Counted from the first letter of the stretch, positions 1 through 8,973 are shown. The stretch is 12,340 nucleotides of DNA from Deinococcaceae bacterium (GCA_040256005.1 JBDZWC010000091.1:1-12340); one strand, 5' to 3'. The notes: a model not told the origin generated them from the sequence alone. Numbers and translations: made by a program.

Positions 1-681
1 GTCTTGTTGCAGGTGCGGACGCTGCTGGACAACCTCGATGGCGCGCTGGCCAGGGTCACCGGGCGGGTCACCGAGCTGGGGCGGTACCTGGACACGGGCG
101 TGGACTTCCTCGTGAACGCCTGCCTGTTCGTCGCGCTCGCCTTCCAAGGCCCCGTTGTGGCGGCGGCCTGCGCCTTCCTCGTACTGACCTTCGTCCTCTC
201 CTACGACTTCAACGCCGAGCGCCTGTACCGGGAGGCTCATGGCGAGACAGCCGCCGCCCCGCCGGCGCCGGGGCCCAGCCAGTCGGACTCGCCCGCGCCA
301 CGTCCTGCCCCGGGCTGGCCGGCGCCACGCCCTGCCCCGGGCTCGCCGGCGCTGCGAGCCTTCAGGGGCCTCTACACCACGCTGCTCGCCCCACAGGACA
401 GGGTCGTGCGCGGGTTGGAGCGCCGCTTGCTGGAGTCGGCCGCGGAGGCTCCGCTCGAGAAGGTCTCCGCCGAGAAGCGCCGCTCGTGGTGGGGCATCGG
501 TTCGACGGCGGCGCTGGTGAACCTCGGCCTCAGCACGCAGCATCTCGTTCTGGGCGTCTGCCTCGTGGTCGGCAAGCCGTTCGCCTACGTGTGGCTGGTG
601 CTGGCGCAGGGCGTGTACCTTGTCATCGTGCTGAGCCTGCGCTACCTCCTGCACCGCCGCAGGTGGCGGTCCGCGACGTGA
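1..681 (+). CDS. CDP-alcohol phosphatidyltransferase family membrane protein (5' end lies outside the window)
   Basis: Signature DxxDGxxAR...GxxxDxxxD is present as DNLDGALARVTGRVTELGRYLDTGVD, followed by several hydrophobic helices. The frame is open from the window edge. Confidence 0.88.
   Translation, partial: VLLQVRTLLDNLDGALARVTGRVTELGRYLDTGVDFLVNACLFVALAFQGPVVAAACAFLVLTFVLSYDFNAERLYREAHGETAAAPPAPGPSQSDSPAPRPAPGWPAPRPAPGSPALRAFRGLYTTLLAPQDRVVRGLERRLLESAAEAPLEKVSAEKRRSWWGIGSTAALVNLGLSTQHLVLGVCLVVGKPFAYVWLVLAQGVYLVIVLSLRYLLHRRRWRSAT
289..351 (+). repeat. In-frame 27-bp tandem repeat (~2.3 copies) encoding (S/W)PAPRPAPG
   Basis: TCGCCCGCGCCACGTCCTGCCCCGGGC (289-315), TGGCCGGCGCCACGCCCTGCCCCGGGC (316-342), partial TCGCCGGCG (343-351). 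Confidence 0.85.
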
Positions 682-1403
682 GCCAGGGCCGCCCAGCCGC
701 GCTGGTGACTGGTTCCGCCAAGGGCGTTGGTCGGGCGGTGCTGCTGGGCCTGGCGCGGGACGGCTTCGACGTCGTCGTCCACTACCGCAGCAGCGCAGAG
801 GCGGCAGAGGGGGTAGCCGCGGAGGCCAGGGAGCTGGGCGTAGGGGCCGCGACCCTGCGGGCCGACGTCACGGTAGAGGCGGAGGCTCACGGGCTCGTGG
901 ACGCGGCTGTGGAACGGTTCGGCCGGCTCGACGTGCTCGTGAACAACGTCGGTGACTACCACCACGGCCCGCTCTCCCAGCTGACGGGCGAGACCTGGCG
1001 CTACATGCTGGACAGCAACCTGAACTCGACGTTCTACACCAGCCAGCAGGCCGTACCTCACCTCCGCCGCTCGCCGCGCGGCGGCAGGATCGTGAACATC
1101 GGCTACGCGGGCGCCCAGCTCATGAAGGCGCGTCCCGGCATCGTGGCCTACGGCATCGCCAAGACCGGCGTCATCCTCTACTCCAAGGCGCTCGCCAAGG
1201 TCGAGGCACGCCACGGGCTGACGGTCAACGTCGTGAGCCCAGGCGTCATGGAGAACAGCGTCAGTCAACCGTTGGAGGAGGTGCCGATGGGCAGGCTCGG
1301 TCGCTTGAGCGAGCTTACCGCCGCCGTGCGCTTCCTGGTCTCAGAGGAGGCCGCCTACGTCACCGGCGTCGCTCTCGAGGTCGCCGGCGGCTGGAACGTC
1401 TAG
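678..1403 (+). CDS. Short-chain dehydrogenase/reductase, pteridine/dihydrofolate reductase (TmpR/FolM)-like
   Basis: GTG start overlaps the upstream stop (GTGA). Motifs: TGSAKGVG Rossmann, VVVHYRSS (NADPH-type), LVNNVG, YGIAK catalytic YxxxK, VNVVSPG, VTG...VAGG. The TmpR-like subfamily call is from recall. Confidence 0.88.
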   Translation: MSQGRPAALVTGSAKGVGRAVLLGLARDGFDVVVHYRSSAEAAEGVAAEARELGVGAATLRADVTVEAEAHGLVDAAVERFGRLDVLVNNVGDYHHGPLSQLTGETWRYMLDSNLNSTFYTSQQAVPHLRRSPRGGRIVNIGYAGAQLMKARPGIVAYGIAKTGVILYSKALAKVEARHGLTVNVVSPGVMENSVSQPLEEVPMGRLGRLSELTAAVRFLVSEEAAYVTGVALEVAGGWNV

Positions 1404-1484
1404 GTCGATATACTGGTCTGTATAACGGCTAAGCCTGCCCGCCGGCCGATGGCGGCCCCACGGCCACGCAGCGTGGCTGCTGGT

Positions 1485-2051
1485 TCAGCCGGTCTGCCTG
1501 AAGTCGCGGCCTATCGGGTTCGTGACGTCGAAGAGGCCACCGGCCAACGCGATGTTCACCGTCACCAAGGGGTGGCGCCTGACGACCTCGAACTCCTCCA
1601 CCCTGGCGTCCGGCCGCGGCTTGCACACGTTGACGTCGGACAGCTCGACGAACGGCCTGTCGCCGTAGACGAGCGACAGGTGGTCCGACATGCGCACCCG
1701 CGGCGGCAGGAGCATCGTCCCAATGAGTACGAATGCCGAGTACATCACCGTCACCTGCCTGGGCTCGCGGTTCGCCCTCTCGGTGGGCGGCTCTGCCATG
1801 CCGCCGATGAGGAAGGCGAGGCGCTCCTTCGGTACCGCCGCGAAGTCGGTCTCGTACAGCAGAGCGCTGTCGGCGGGCGGCTCCTCCAGGCCCGGCCGGT
1901 AGACGCGGCACATCGTCAGCGGGACGTACGTGCGCTCGCGCTGGTTCAGGTAGCGGGAGATGGGCGTGCCCTTGCGGACGTGCACCAGACCCAAGATCCG
2001 GAAGTCGAGGGTGTACGCCTGCGCCTCGCTAGGCACCACGTTCTGCGCCAT
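1485..2051 (-). CDS. Hypothetical protein with two tandem DUF6812-like domains
   Basis: Internal duplication: 'ILGLVHVRKGTPISRYLNQRERTYVPLT...FAAVPK' and 'LIGTMLLPPRVRMSDHLSLVYGDRPFVELSD...VTVNI'. The start is uncertain (ATG 2051, or GTG 2060/2078). Confidence 0.65.
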   Translation of the reverse strand: MAQNVVPSEAQAYTLDFRILGLVHVRKGTPISRYLNQRERTYVPLTMCRVYRPGLEEPPADSALLYETDFAAVPKERLAFLIGGMAEPPTERANREPRQVTVMYSAFVLIGTMLLPPRVRMSDHLSLVYGDRPFVELSDVNVCKPRPDARVEEFEVVRRHPLVTVNIALAGGLFDVTNPIGRDFRQTG

Positions 2052-2100
2052 CAGCGTCACGTTGCCGGACGCTACCACTCCGGGGTCACGTCCGGCTCGG

Positions 2101-2106
2101 TATATT
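2101..2106 (+). promoter_or_regulatory. Probable -10 box for a leaderless glmM transcript
   Basis: TATATT lies 7 nt upstream of the ATG at 2114, and there is no Shine-Dalgarno sequence. Confidence 0.55.
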
Positions 2107-2113
2107 CGGTGCC

Positions 2114-3502
2114 ATGTCCGATCGGCGCTACTTCGGCACGGACGGCGTGCGAGGCGTCGCCGGCCAGCACCCCATGACCGCCCACTTCGCGTTGCAGCTC
2201 GGCGTCGCGACCGCAGAGCTGCTGAAGCGCACGGCGGCAGGCCGCCCGCGCGTCGTGATCGGCATGGACACGCGCCGGTCCGGTCCCATGCTGGCTCAGG
2301 CGCTGGGGGCGGGCCTGACCTCGCGAGGCGCCGACGTCACGGAGCTAGGGGTCGTGCCAACGCCGGCGGTCTCGTACCTCACCTGCAAGCTGGGCGCAGA
2401 CGCCGGCGTCGTGGTGTCCGCCAGCCACAACCCCTTCGACGACAACGGGATCAAGGTGTTCAACGCCAACGGCGAGAAGCTCGACGACGGGCTCGAGGCC
2501 GAGCTGGAAGCGCTGGTGGCGCGCCTGTCCGAAGGCACCCAGCCCGAGCTCGAGCCGGTGATGGGTGCAGCGGTCGGCCGCTCCAAGCGTCTCCCCCGCC
2601 ATGGGTCCGACCTACCGGGCTCGGACGCGTACACGACGCACCTGTTGGCGAACGCGCCGTACCTGGACGGCATGAAGGTCGTCGTCGACTGCGCCAACGG
2701 CGCCGGGCACCTGATCGCGCCGCGCGTGTTCGCGAAGATAGGCGCTCGTCTCGAGGTCATGAACGCGGAGCCCGACGGCGAGAACATCAACGTGGGCTGT
2801 GGCTCCACCGACCCGAGAGGCATCGTGGACCGGGTGGTCTCCGGCGGCTTCGACGTAGGCGTCACGTTCGACGGCGACGCTGACCGCGCCCTGTTGGTGG
2901 ACCGCCGCGGCCGCATCGTCACAGGCGACCACATCATGGCGATCTGCTCGGTGGCTCGCGGCGAGTCCGAGATCGTGGCCACGCACATGAGCAACCTGGG
3001 CATGGAGCGGTACCTCCAGACGCGGGGCGTGACCGTCAGACGCGTTCAGGTGGGCGACCGCTACGTGTACGAGGAGCTCAAGCGCACGGGGTTGTCCTTG
3101 GGCGGCGAGCAATCGGGCCATGTGCTGTTCCTCGACAAGGCACCGACCGGTGACGGGATCCTGACCGCTCTACAGTTGCTGGCTGCCGTGAGGCAGTCGG
3201 GCAGGTCGCTCGAGGAGTGGATGGACGAGATCCCCGTCTTCCCGCAGGAGCTGATCAACGTGCCGGTGCCCACCGAGCGCAAGGGCCATGTGGCCGAGGC
3301 GCCGGCGGTGGCGGCGGCCGTCAAGGCGGCGGAGACCCGGCTGGGCGAAGCGGGCCGCGTGCTGCTGCGCCCCAGCGGCACGGAGCCTCTCGTCCGCGTG
3401 ATGGTCGAGGGCCCCGACCATGCCGAGGTCACCGAGGTCGCGAACCAGGTGGCTGAGGCGGTCAGGTCGGTGGGCGCCGCGACGGTCGAGGCGGGCGCCT
3501 AG
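2114..3502 (+). CDS. glmM: Phosphoglucosamine mutase
   Basis: YFGTDGVRG N-terminus, SASHNP phosphoserine loop, DGDADR metal loop, GEQSGH, RPSGTEPLVRVMVE. Confidence 0.97.
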   Translation: MSDRRYFGTDGVRGVAGQHPMTAHFALQLGVATAELLKRTAAGRPRVVIGMDTRRSGPMLAQALGAGLTSRGADVTELGVVPTPAVSYLTCKLGADAGVVVSASHNPFDDNGIKVFNANGEKLDDGLEAELEALVARLSEGTQPELEPVMGAAVGRSKRLPRHGSDLPGSDAYTTHLLANAPYLDGMKVVVDCANGAGHLIAPRVFAKIGARLEVMNAEPDGENINVGCGSTDPRGIVDRVVSGGFDVGVTFDGDADRALLVDRRGRIVTGDHIMAICSVARGESEIVATHMSNLGMERYLQTRGVTVRRVQVGDRYVYEELKRTGLSLGGEQSGHVLFLDKAPTGDGILTALQLLAAVRQSGRSLEEWMDEIPVFPQELINVPVPTERKGHVAEAPAVAAAVKAAETRLGEAGRVLLRPSGTEPLVRVMVEGPDHAEVTEVANQVAEAVRSVGAATVEAGA

Positions 3503-4335
3503 ACTCCAGCCCCAGCCAGCAGCGCGGCGAGCCGGGGCAACAGTTCGCCCAGCCGGCCCCGGACCTTGATGTCCACGTCGGCGTCGCCCCGGGTCGGGCC
3601 GTCGTTGACGATCGCCACGGGCTTATCGGCGGCCTTCGCCTGAACGACGAACCGGTATCCCGAGCGCACCGTCAGCGACGAGCCCACGACGAGGAGAGCG
3701 TCTGCCTCACCCAGCATCGCCTTGGCCCGCTCGTAGGTCGGCGCCGGCACGTTCTCGCCGAAGAACACGACCTCCGGCTTGAGCACACCGCTGCAGACGC
3801 GGCAGTGCGCCACCCTGAAGGTCGCCACGATCTCGTCAGGGACGTCGGCGTCGCCGTCGGGGGCGTAGCGGGGCGCCAGCGGCACGTAGGCGGGGTTGAG
3901 CTCGGCCAGGCGGGCCTGCAACGAAGGCCGCTCTTCCCTGGTCCCGCACCGCAGGCACACGACGGAGCGGAGGTTGCCGTGCAGCTCGACGACCGCCTCG
4001 CTGCCCGCCTGCTGATGCAGCCCGTCCACGTTCTGCGTCACCACGCCGTTGGCGTCACCGTTAGCCTCCATGGCCGCAACCGCCGCATGACCGGCGTTCG
4101 GCTCCCGTGCGTCCATGAACGGCCAGCCGGCGAAGCTTCGCGCCCAGTACCGCTGCCTGACGGCCTCGCTGCCGACGAACTCCTGGTACGTGATGGGCTT
4201 GCGCCCCCTGCCTGCGGAGGCGGGGCCGCGGTAGTCGGGGATGCCGGACTCGGTGCTGATGCCCGCACCCGAGAGCACCAGCGTGCGCAGACCGCGCAAC
4301 AGGCTGGCCGCATGCTCGATCGCGCCGTCTCGCAT
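3499..4335 (-). CDS. cobB: NAD-dependent protein deacylase, Sir2/sirtuin class II (SIRT4-like)
   Basis: [34 protein letters not shown], two CxxC zinc pairs, [20 protein letters not shown]. The likely ATG at 4335 has GAGGA upstream. Its stop overlaps the glmM stop by 4 bp (CTAG). Confidence 0.93.
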   Translation of the reverse strand: MRDGAIEHAASLLRGLRTLVLSGAGISTESGIPDYRGPASAGRGRKPITYQEFVGSEAVRQRYWARSFAGWPFMDAREPNAGHAAVAAMEANGDANGVVTQNVDGLHQQAGSEAVVELHGNLRSVVCLRCGTREERPSLQARLAELNPAYVPLAPRYAPDGDADVPDEIVATFRVAHCRVCSGVLKPEVVFFGENVPAPTYERAKAMLGEADALLVVGSSLTVRSGYRFVVQAKAADKPVAIVNDGPTRGDADVDIKVRGRLGELLPRLAALLAGAGV

Positions 4336-4397
4336 GCGCCATCCTCGCACGCCCAGCACGGGCCGCAGGGGCCGTGCCACACGCGCTATGAGGTTCG

Positions 4398-4426
4398 TTG
4401 ACCCCCCTGGGGGGCGCCCTTATACT
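4398..4426 (+). promoter_or_regulatory. Sigma70/SigA-type promoter of the ABC transporter operon
   Basis: TTGACC (4398-4403), 17-nt spacer, TATACT (4421-4426). RBS GAGGAGG at 4541-4547. Confidence 0.7.
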
Positions 4427-4553
4427 CGCTGGCGTAATCACCGGATGCGCCGGTCCCGATGTCGTGGGCCACGTGGGGACGCCCGTCGTCCTCTGGGCGC
4501 AAGACCCCCAGTCGGCCGGATAGGTTCCGGCGTTCACAACGAGGAGGACACGG

Positions 4554-5840
4554 ATGTCCAACACTCGCACGCCCCGGCGCTGGCCGAGGCTGCTGCTCGC
4601 GGTGGCGGCCTGCCTCGCCCTCGGGACAGTTGCTGCCCAGACCGAGCTCCGCATCACCTGGTACGACGACGGCAACGAGGGCCAGGTCCTGCGTGACCTG
4701 CTCGACCGCTTCGAGGCCGAGAACCCCGACATCACCGTGGTCGTGGACACCGTGCCGTACGCGACGGGGATACTGCAGTCGCTGCCGCTCCAACTGGCCT
4801 CGGGCGAGGGGCCTGACATCGCCCGCGTCACCGACCTGGGCGGCCTGTCCGAGTACTTCCTGGACCTCCGGCCCTTCCTCAGCGACCCCGGTTACTGGGA
4901 GGCCAACTTCGGGCCGTTCCTGGACTGGATGCGGCCGGCGGACTCGGACGCCATCCCGGGGTTCATGACGCAGTTGACCGTCACGGGCCCGTTCGTCAAC
5001 GCCACGCTGTTCGAGCAGGCGGGCGTCGAGATCCCCTCCGGCGACACCACGTGGGAGCAGTGGGCCGAGCTGACGCGCCAGGTGGCCGAGGCCACCGGCA
5101 CGCCCTACGCGATGGTCATGGACCGCACGGGTCACCGCCTGGCCGGCCCCGCCATCAGCATGGGCGCGCAGTTATTCGACGAGGACGGCAACCCGGTCAT
5201 CGACGATGAGGGCATGCGGGCGATGATGCAGCTGATGGTGGACTGGCACGCCGACGGCACCATGAACCCCGACGTGTGGATCGGCTCGCAGGGCACCTAC
5301 GCCGCCGGGAACGAGTTCTTCGTCAACGGCCAGGTCGTGCTGTACATGTCGGGTAGCTGGCAGGTGGGTCAGTTCGACGCCCTCATCGGCGACGCTTTCG
5401 ACTGGCAGGTCGTGCCGAACCCTTGCGGCCCCGCCGCGTGCACCGGCATGCCGGGCGGCGCGGCCGTCGTGGGCATCGCCGACACCGACCACCCGGAAGA
5501 GGTCGCCCGGCTCATGGAGTACCTGGCCAGCGAGGACGTGCTGGCCGAGTTCTACGCGCGCACGCTGTTCATCCCGGGTCACCTGGGCCTGGCGGACCAG
5601 GGCGTGGAGTACGTGAGCGACTCGGAGTCGGCGGTCGCCGCCCTCAACGTGTTCGCAGCCCAGGTGGGCAGGCTCGACCCCATCGCCTACGACCTGCAGG
5701 CGTACCCGTTCAACCGCTTCGTCTTCGACGCCATGCGCGACCGGCTCACCCAGGTGTTCGTGGGCGAGCTGACGCTGGACGAGGCCATGGCCCGCATGCA
5801 GTCGGACATAGACGCGGGCATCGCGGAGTCGCAGCAGTAG
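4554..5840 (+). CDS. Carbohydrate ABC transporter substrate-binding protein (family 1; AguE/oligogalacturonide-like)
   Basis: Sec signal peptide ending AAA-Q with no lipobox. SBP_bac_1-type segments FEAENPDITV, GEGPDIARV, TWEQW, MSGSWQ, GMPGG. Strong RBS. Confidence 0.92.
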   Translation: MSNTRTPRRWPRLLLAVAACLALGTVAAQTELRITWYDDGNEGQVLRDLLDRFEAENPDITVVVDTVPYATGILQSLPLQLASGEGPDIARVTDLGGLSEYFLDLRPFLSDPGYWEANFGPFLDWMRPADSDAIPGFMTQLTVTGPFVNATLFEQAGVEIPSGDTTWEQWAELTRQVAEATGTPYAMVMDRTGHRLAGPAISMGAQLFDEDGNPVIDDEGMRAMMQLMVDWHADGTMNPDVWIGSQGTYAAGNEFFVNGQVVLYMSGSWQVGQFDALIGDAFDWQVVPNPCGPAACTGMPGGAAVVGIADTDHPEEVARLMEYLASEDVLAEFYARTLFIPGHLGLADQGVEYVSDSESAVAALNVFAAQVGRLDPIAYDLQAYPFNRFVFDAMRDRLTQVFVGELTLDEAMARMQSDIDAGIAESQQ

Positions 5841-5872
5841 ACCCCAGACCGGCCCAAAGCGCCGGCAGCGCG

Positions 5873-5913
5873 GCGACGCGGCCGGGCGCCCTCTAGGGCG
5901 CTCGGCCGGTCGC
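5873..5913 (+). promoter_or_regulatory. Intercistronic GC-rich stem-loop (mRNA stabiliser or attenuator after the binding-protein gene)
   Basis: CGGCCGGGCGCCCT-CT-AGGGCGCTCGGCCG (5879-5908), extended by GCGAC/GTCGC. No U-tract. Confidence 0.6.
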
Positions 5914-5926
5914 GGCCACCCCCCTG

Positions 5927-6949
5927 ATGGACAGCGAACGGAGCGGGCGCACCGAGGGAACGGTGGCGCGCGTGGCCTCGGCGGTCTACGCCGGGGCCAT
6001 GTCGCTGCTCGGCATCGTGTTCGAGCCGTTGCAGCGCCTCGTCGGCGTCCGCCGGATGCCGTGGGTCTTCCTGCTCCCCAACCTCCTGATCTTCGGGCTG
6101 TTCATCCTCTTCCCCGTCTTCCTCAACGTCTACGTCTCCTTGACGGGCGGCACGGAGCTCTTCCCGCAGGACCGCCCTTTCGTGGGCGCCGAGAACTACG
6201 AGCGGCTGTTCACGTGTGACGACTTCGGCGACCCCAACTCGTGCCTCGAGGACCGCTTCTGGCGCTCTGTGCGCAACACGGGTGTCTTCGTCCTGTTCCA
6301 GGTGGGCGGCATGGTGCTTGTCTCGCTGCTCACGGCCCTGGTGCTCAACCGGAACATCAGGTTCCGCGGGTTCTTCAGGAGCGTGTACTTCTACCCGGTG
6401 CTGCTGTCACCCGTCGTCGTGGCGTTGATCTGGAAGTGGATACTCCAACGCCAGGGCGTCCTGAACGGCCTGCTCGTGAACCTCGGGGCCGACCCCGTCG
6501 CGTTCCTCCTGGACGGCAGATGGGCGATGACCTGGGTGATCGTCGTGAGCATCTGGGCCCACATGGGCTTCTACACGCTGATACTGCTCGCCGGCCTGCA
6601 GAGCATCCCGGCCGAGCTCTACGACGCTGCTTCCATCGACGGAGCCGGCTCGTACCAGAGCTTCCGGAGCGTGACCCTGCCCCTGCTCATGCCCACGATG
6701 ATGGTGGTCCTGATCCTCTCCCTCATCCGGGCGGTACAGACGTTCGACGAGGTCTACGTGCTCACCGGGGGCGGGCCTGGCACCGCCACGATGATGATCG
6801 TCCAGTACATCTACCAGACCGGCTTCGCGACGCAGGTCCAGCGCTTCGGGCTGGCCGCCGCCGCTAGCGTGTTGCTCGGCCTCGTCCTGCTGGTGGCGAC
6901 GCTGCTCCAGCTGCGGGTCGGCCGTGGCACCGAGGGCCACCTGGCATGA
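5927..6949 (+). CDS. Carbohydrate ABC transporter permease (MalF/UgpA type)
   Basis: FVGAENY, FFRSVYFYP, EAA loop LAGLQSIPAELYDAASIDGA, FDEVYVLTGGGPG, multiple TM helices. Confidence 0.95.
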   Translation: MDSERSGRTEGTVARVASAVYAGAMSLLGIVFEPLQRLVGVRRMPWVFLLPNLLIFGLFILFPVFLNVYVSLTGGTELFPQDRPFVGAENYERLFTCDDFGDPNSCLEDRFWRSVRNTGVFVLFQVGGMVLVSLLTALVLNRNIRFRGFFRSVYFYPVLLSPVVVALIWKWILQRQGVLNGLLVNLGADPVAFLLDGRWAMTWVIVVSIWAHMGFYTLILLAGLQSIPAELYDAASIDGAGSYQSFRSVTLPLLMPTMMVVLILSLIRAVQTFDEVYVLTGGGPGTATMMIVQYIYQTGFATQVQRFGLAAAASVLLGLVLLVATLLQLRVGRGTEGHLA

Positions 6950-6974
6950 GCCGCACGGTGGAAGGTCCACTCGG

Positions 6975-8030
6975 GTGAGCCGCCTGACCGCGTTCCTGTC
7001 GCGCCGGCGGGGCCGGGCCGGTCCCGACCTCACGGACTGGCTCACCTACGCCTACCTGCTGGTGGGCGTGCTGGTGATGTTCGGTCCGGTCCTGTGGCTG
7101 GTGCTGTCGAGCTTCAAGACGCAGGCGGGCCTCGTCGAGTTCCCTCCCACGCTGCTGCCGCTCTCACCAGTCGAGGTCGAGTTGGAGGGCTACGACGAAC
7201 CGCTCCCGCTCTTCGAGGTGAGGCTCGAGGACGGCAGCACGAAGAGGTTGGCCCAGGTGCGCCGGGTGGGCCTCGAGGCGCAGATGGTGGACCCTGACGA
7301 CCCGGGCGAGATCGTGCGCGTGCCCATCGCCGATCGCACCGAGGTGCGGGCACTGCGGCTCCAGGTCTCCAACTTCACGGAACCGCTGCGGCGCTTCGAC
7401 TTCCTTACCTACCTCAAGAACAGCGTGGTGGTCACCGTAGTTGCCACACTCATCACGCTCGTCATCAACAGCATGGCCGCGTTCGCGCTCTCCAAGTACC
7501 GCTTCAGAGGCCGCAACGCCGTGTTCCTCGTGATCCTGGGCACGCTCATGATCCCCCTCAGCGTCGTCCTGGTGCCGGTCTACCTCGTCATCACGCAGAT
7601 CGGCTGGGTCAACAACCTCTGGGGCGTCATCATCCCGGGCGCAGCCACCCCCACAGGCGTGTTCCTGCTAAGGCAGTACATGCTCACGATCCCCGACGAG
7701 CTCATCGATGCGGCACGCATGGACGGCGCCTCGGAATGGCGCATCTACTGGCAGGTAGTCCTGCCCCTGGCGGCGCCCGCTGTGGCGGTACTGACCATCT
7801 TCTCCGTCATGTGGCGCTGGAACGACTTCCTGTGGCCGCTGATCGTGCTCACCCGCAGCGAGCTGTTCACGCTTCAGGTGGGCCTCAACGCGTTCCAGGG
7901 GGAGCTGAACGTGCAGTGGCACTACGTACTGGCGATGACCGTGCTCACCCTGCTGCCCATCACGCTGGTCTTCTCGTTCCTCCAGCGCTTCATCACGACG
8001 GGCATAGCCAGCACTGGCGTCAAGGGCTGA
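6975..8030 (+). CDS. Carbohydrate ABC transporter permease (MalG/UgpE type) with an inserted extracytoplasmic domain
   Basis: GTG at 6975 has GGAAGG upstream. Motifs: SSFKT, YLKNS, EAA loop IPDELIDAARMDGASEWRI, WNDFLWP, LQRFITTGI. Confidence 0.94.
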   Translation: MSRLTAFLSRRRGRAGPDLTDWLTYAYLLVGVLVMFGPVLWLVLSSFKTQAGLVEFPPTLLPLSPVEVELEGYDEPLPLFEVRLEDGSTKRLAQVRRVGLEAQMVDPDDPGEIVRVPIADRTEVRALRLQVSNFTEPLRRFDFLTYLKNSVVVTVVATLITLVINSMAAFALSKYRFRGRNAVFLVILGTLMIPLSVVLVPVYLVITQIGWVNNLWGVIIPGAATPTGVFLLRQYMLTIPDELIDAARMDGASEWRIYWQVVLPLAAPAVAVLTIFSVMWRWNDFLWPLIVLTRSELFTLQVGLNAFQGELNVQWHYVLAMTVLTLLPITLVFSFLQRFITTGIASTGVKG

Positions 8031-8266
8031 TCTCCTCCGCCCACGGAGCCGACGCCAACGGCGCCCATCAAGTTCCTTAACAGTCGCGCCCGCTCACCGA
8101 GCACGGATTGTTCTCATGGCTACCGGTCCAAGAATCCCCGCGTCTACTTGCGAAGGGAGGTGGGCATTCCCTCGTTGGCAGAAAGACTTGGGAAAGAAGG
8201 CAGATCTCGCAGTCAGCGAACGGATCGCGGTCCCAGACCGCCGTTGAAGGAATCGGAGTGATCGAC

Positions 8267-8812
8267 TTGAAGAACACCAGCAAGCGCATCTTCAGGAACC
8301 TGGCCGGGCTTCTAGCCGTCACGGGCATCGCCATGTTCGGCTTCGCTCAGGACGCGGCCATGAGCACCACGGGGATCAACCTGGCCGAGTCCTCCGAGTA
8401 CGGACAGTACCTGACCGACCAGGACGGCATGGCCCTGTACCTGTTCGTGCCTGACGCACAAGGACCCAGCACGTGCTACGACGATTGCGCGACCAACTGG
8501 CCGCCCGTGACCGTCGAGAGCGCGGACGCCCTGCCCACGCTGGGTGAGGGCCTCGATTCTGCGCTGCTCGGCACGGTCGAGCGCGACGACGGCACCCTCC
8601 AGGTGACGTACAACGGCTGGCCGCTGTACTACTACATCGGCGACATGGAAGCCGGCGTGGCCACCGGACAGGGCCTGGGCGACAACTGGTACGTAGTGGA
8701 CGCCACGGGCACCGCCATCGGCATGTCGGCGGCCCCCGCAGATGACGGCGGCGCCGACGACGGCGGCGACGAAGGCGGCGAAGGCGAGGATGGTGGCAGC
8801 GACGGCATGTGA
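8267..8812 (+). CDS. Secreted Yx(FWY)xxD-repeat protein (COG4315 / Lipoprotein_15-like) with an acidic Gly/Asp tail
   Basis: Signal peptide ending GFA-Q. Motifs: GMALYLFVPD, CYDDCATNWPP, QVTYNGWPLYYYIGD, GQG..W. TTG 8267 has GGAG 8 nt upstream (GTG 8258 is an alternative start). Confidence 0.85.
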   Translation: MKNTSKRIFRNLAGLLAVTGIAMFGFAQDAAMSTTGINLAESSEYGQYLTDQDGMALYLFVPDAQGPSTCYDDCATNWPPVTVESADALPTLGEGLDSALLGTVERDDGTLQVTYNGWPLYYYIGDMEAGVATGQGLGDNWYVVDATGTAIGMSAAPADDGGADDGGDEGGEGEDGGSDGM

Positions 8813-8874
8813 GCCCGAGCTCCCCTGGTGCAGTCCCGCTGATCTCGGTCTGATACTCGGCGATCAGCGCAGCG

Positions 8875-8910
8875 GAAGCCCCCGACCCAAGCGGTCGGGG
8901 GCTTCGTTCT
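8875..8910 (+). terminator. Intrinsic terminator between convergent genes
   Basis: Perfect 13-bp stem GAAGCCCCCGACC-caagc-GGTCGGGGGCTTC followed by GTTCT. A second hairpin, CGCTGATC...GATCAGCG, lies at 8837-8869. Confidence 0.75.
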
Positions 8911-8973
8911 GCGCCGGCGGGAGCGACTCGGGGGGTGAGGCGTTGAGGCGGTCGGGCGCGGGCGCCAACCCGC

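Noticed and set aside
486..677. N-terminal extension of the SDR in the ORF track
   Set aside because: It overlaps the upstream gene. The Rossmann motif begins right after the coupled GTG at 678.
1411..1430. Resemblance to a gammaproteobacterial LexA box (CTG-N10-CAG)
   Set aside because: The right half is mismatched, it lies between convergent genes, and the apparent lineage does not fit.
3499..4335. Sirtuin as an anti-phage SIR2 effector (Thoeris/DSR/pAgo-linked)
   Set aside because: It is a canonical zinc-binding class II deacylase in a housekeeping context with no defence partners.
8143..8182. Imperfect hairpin in the 8030-8266 intergenic region as a riboswitch
   Set aside because: I could not recognise any riboswitch consensus, and the pairing is weak.
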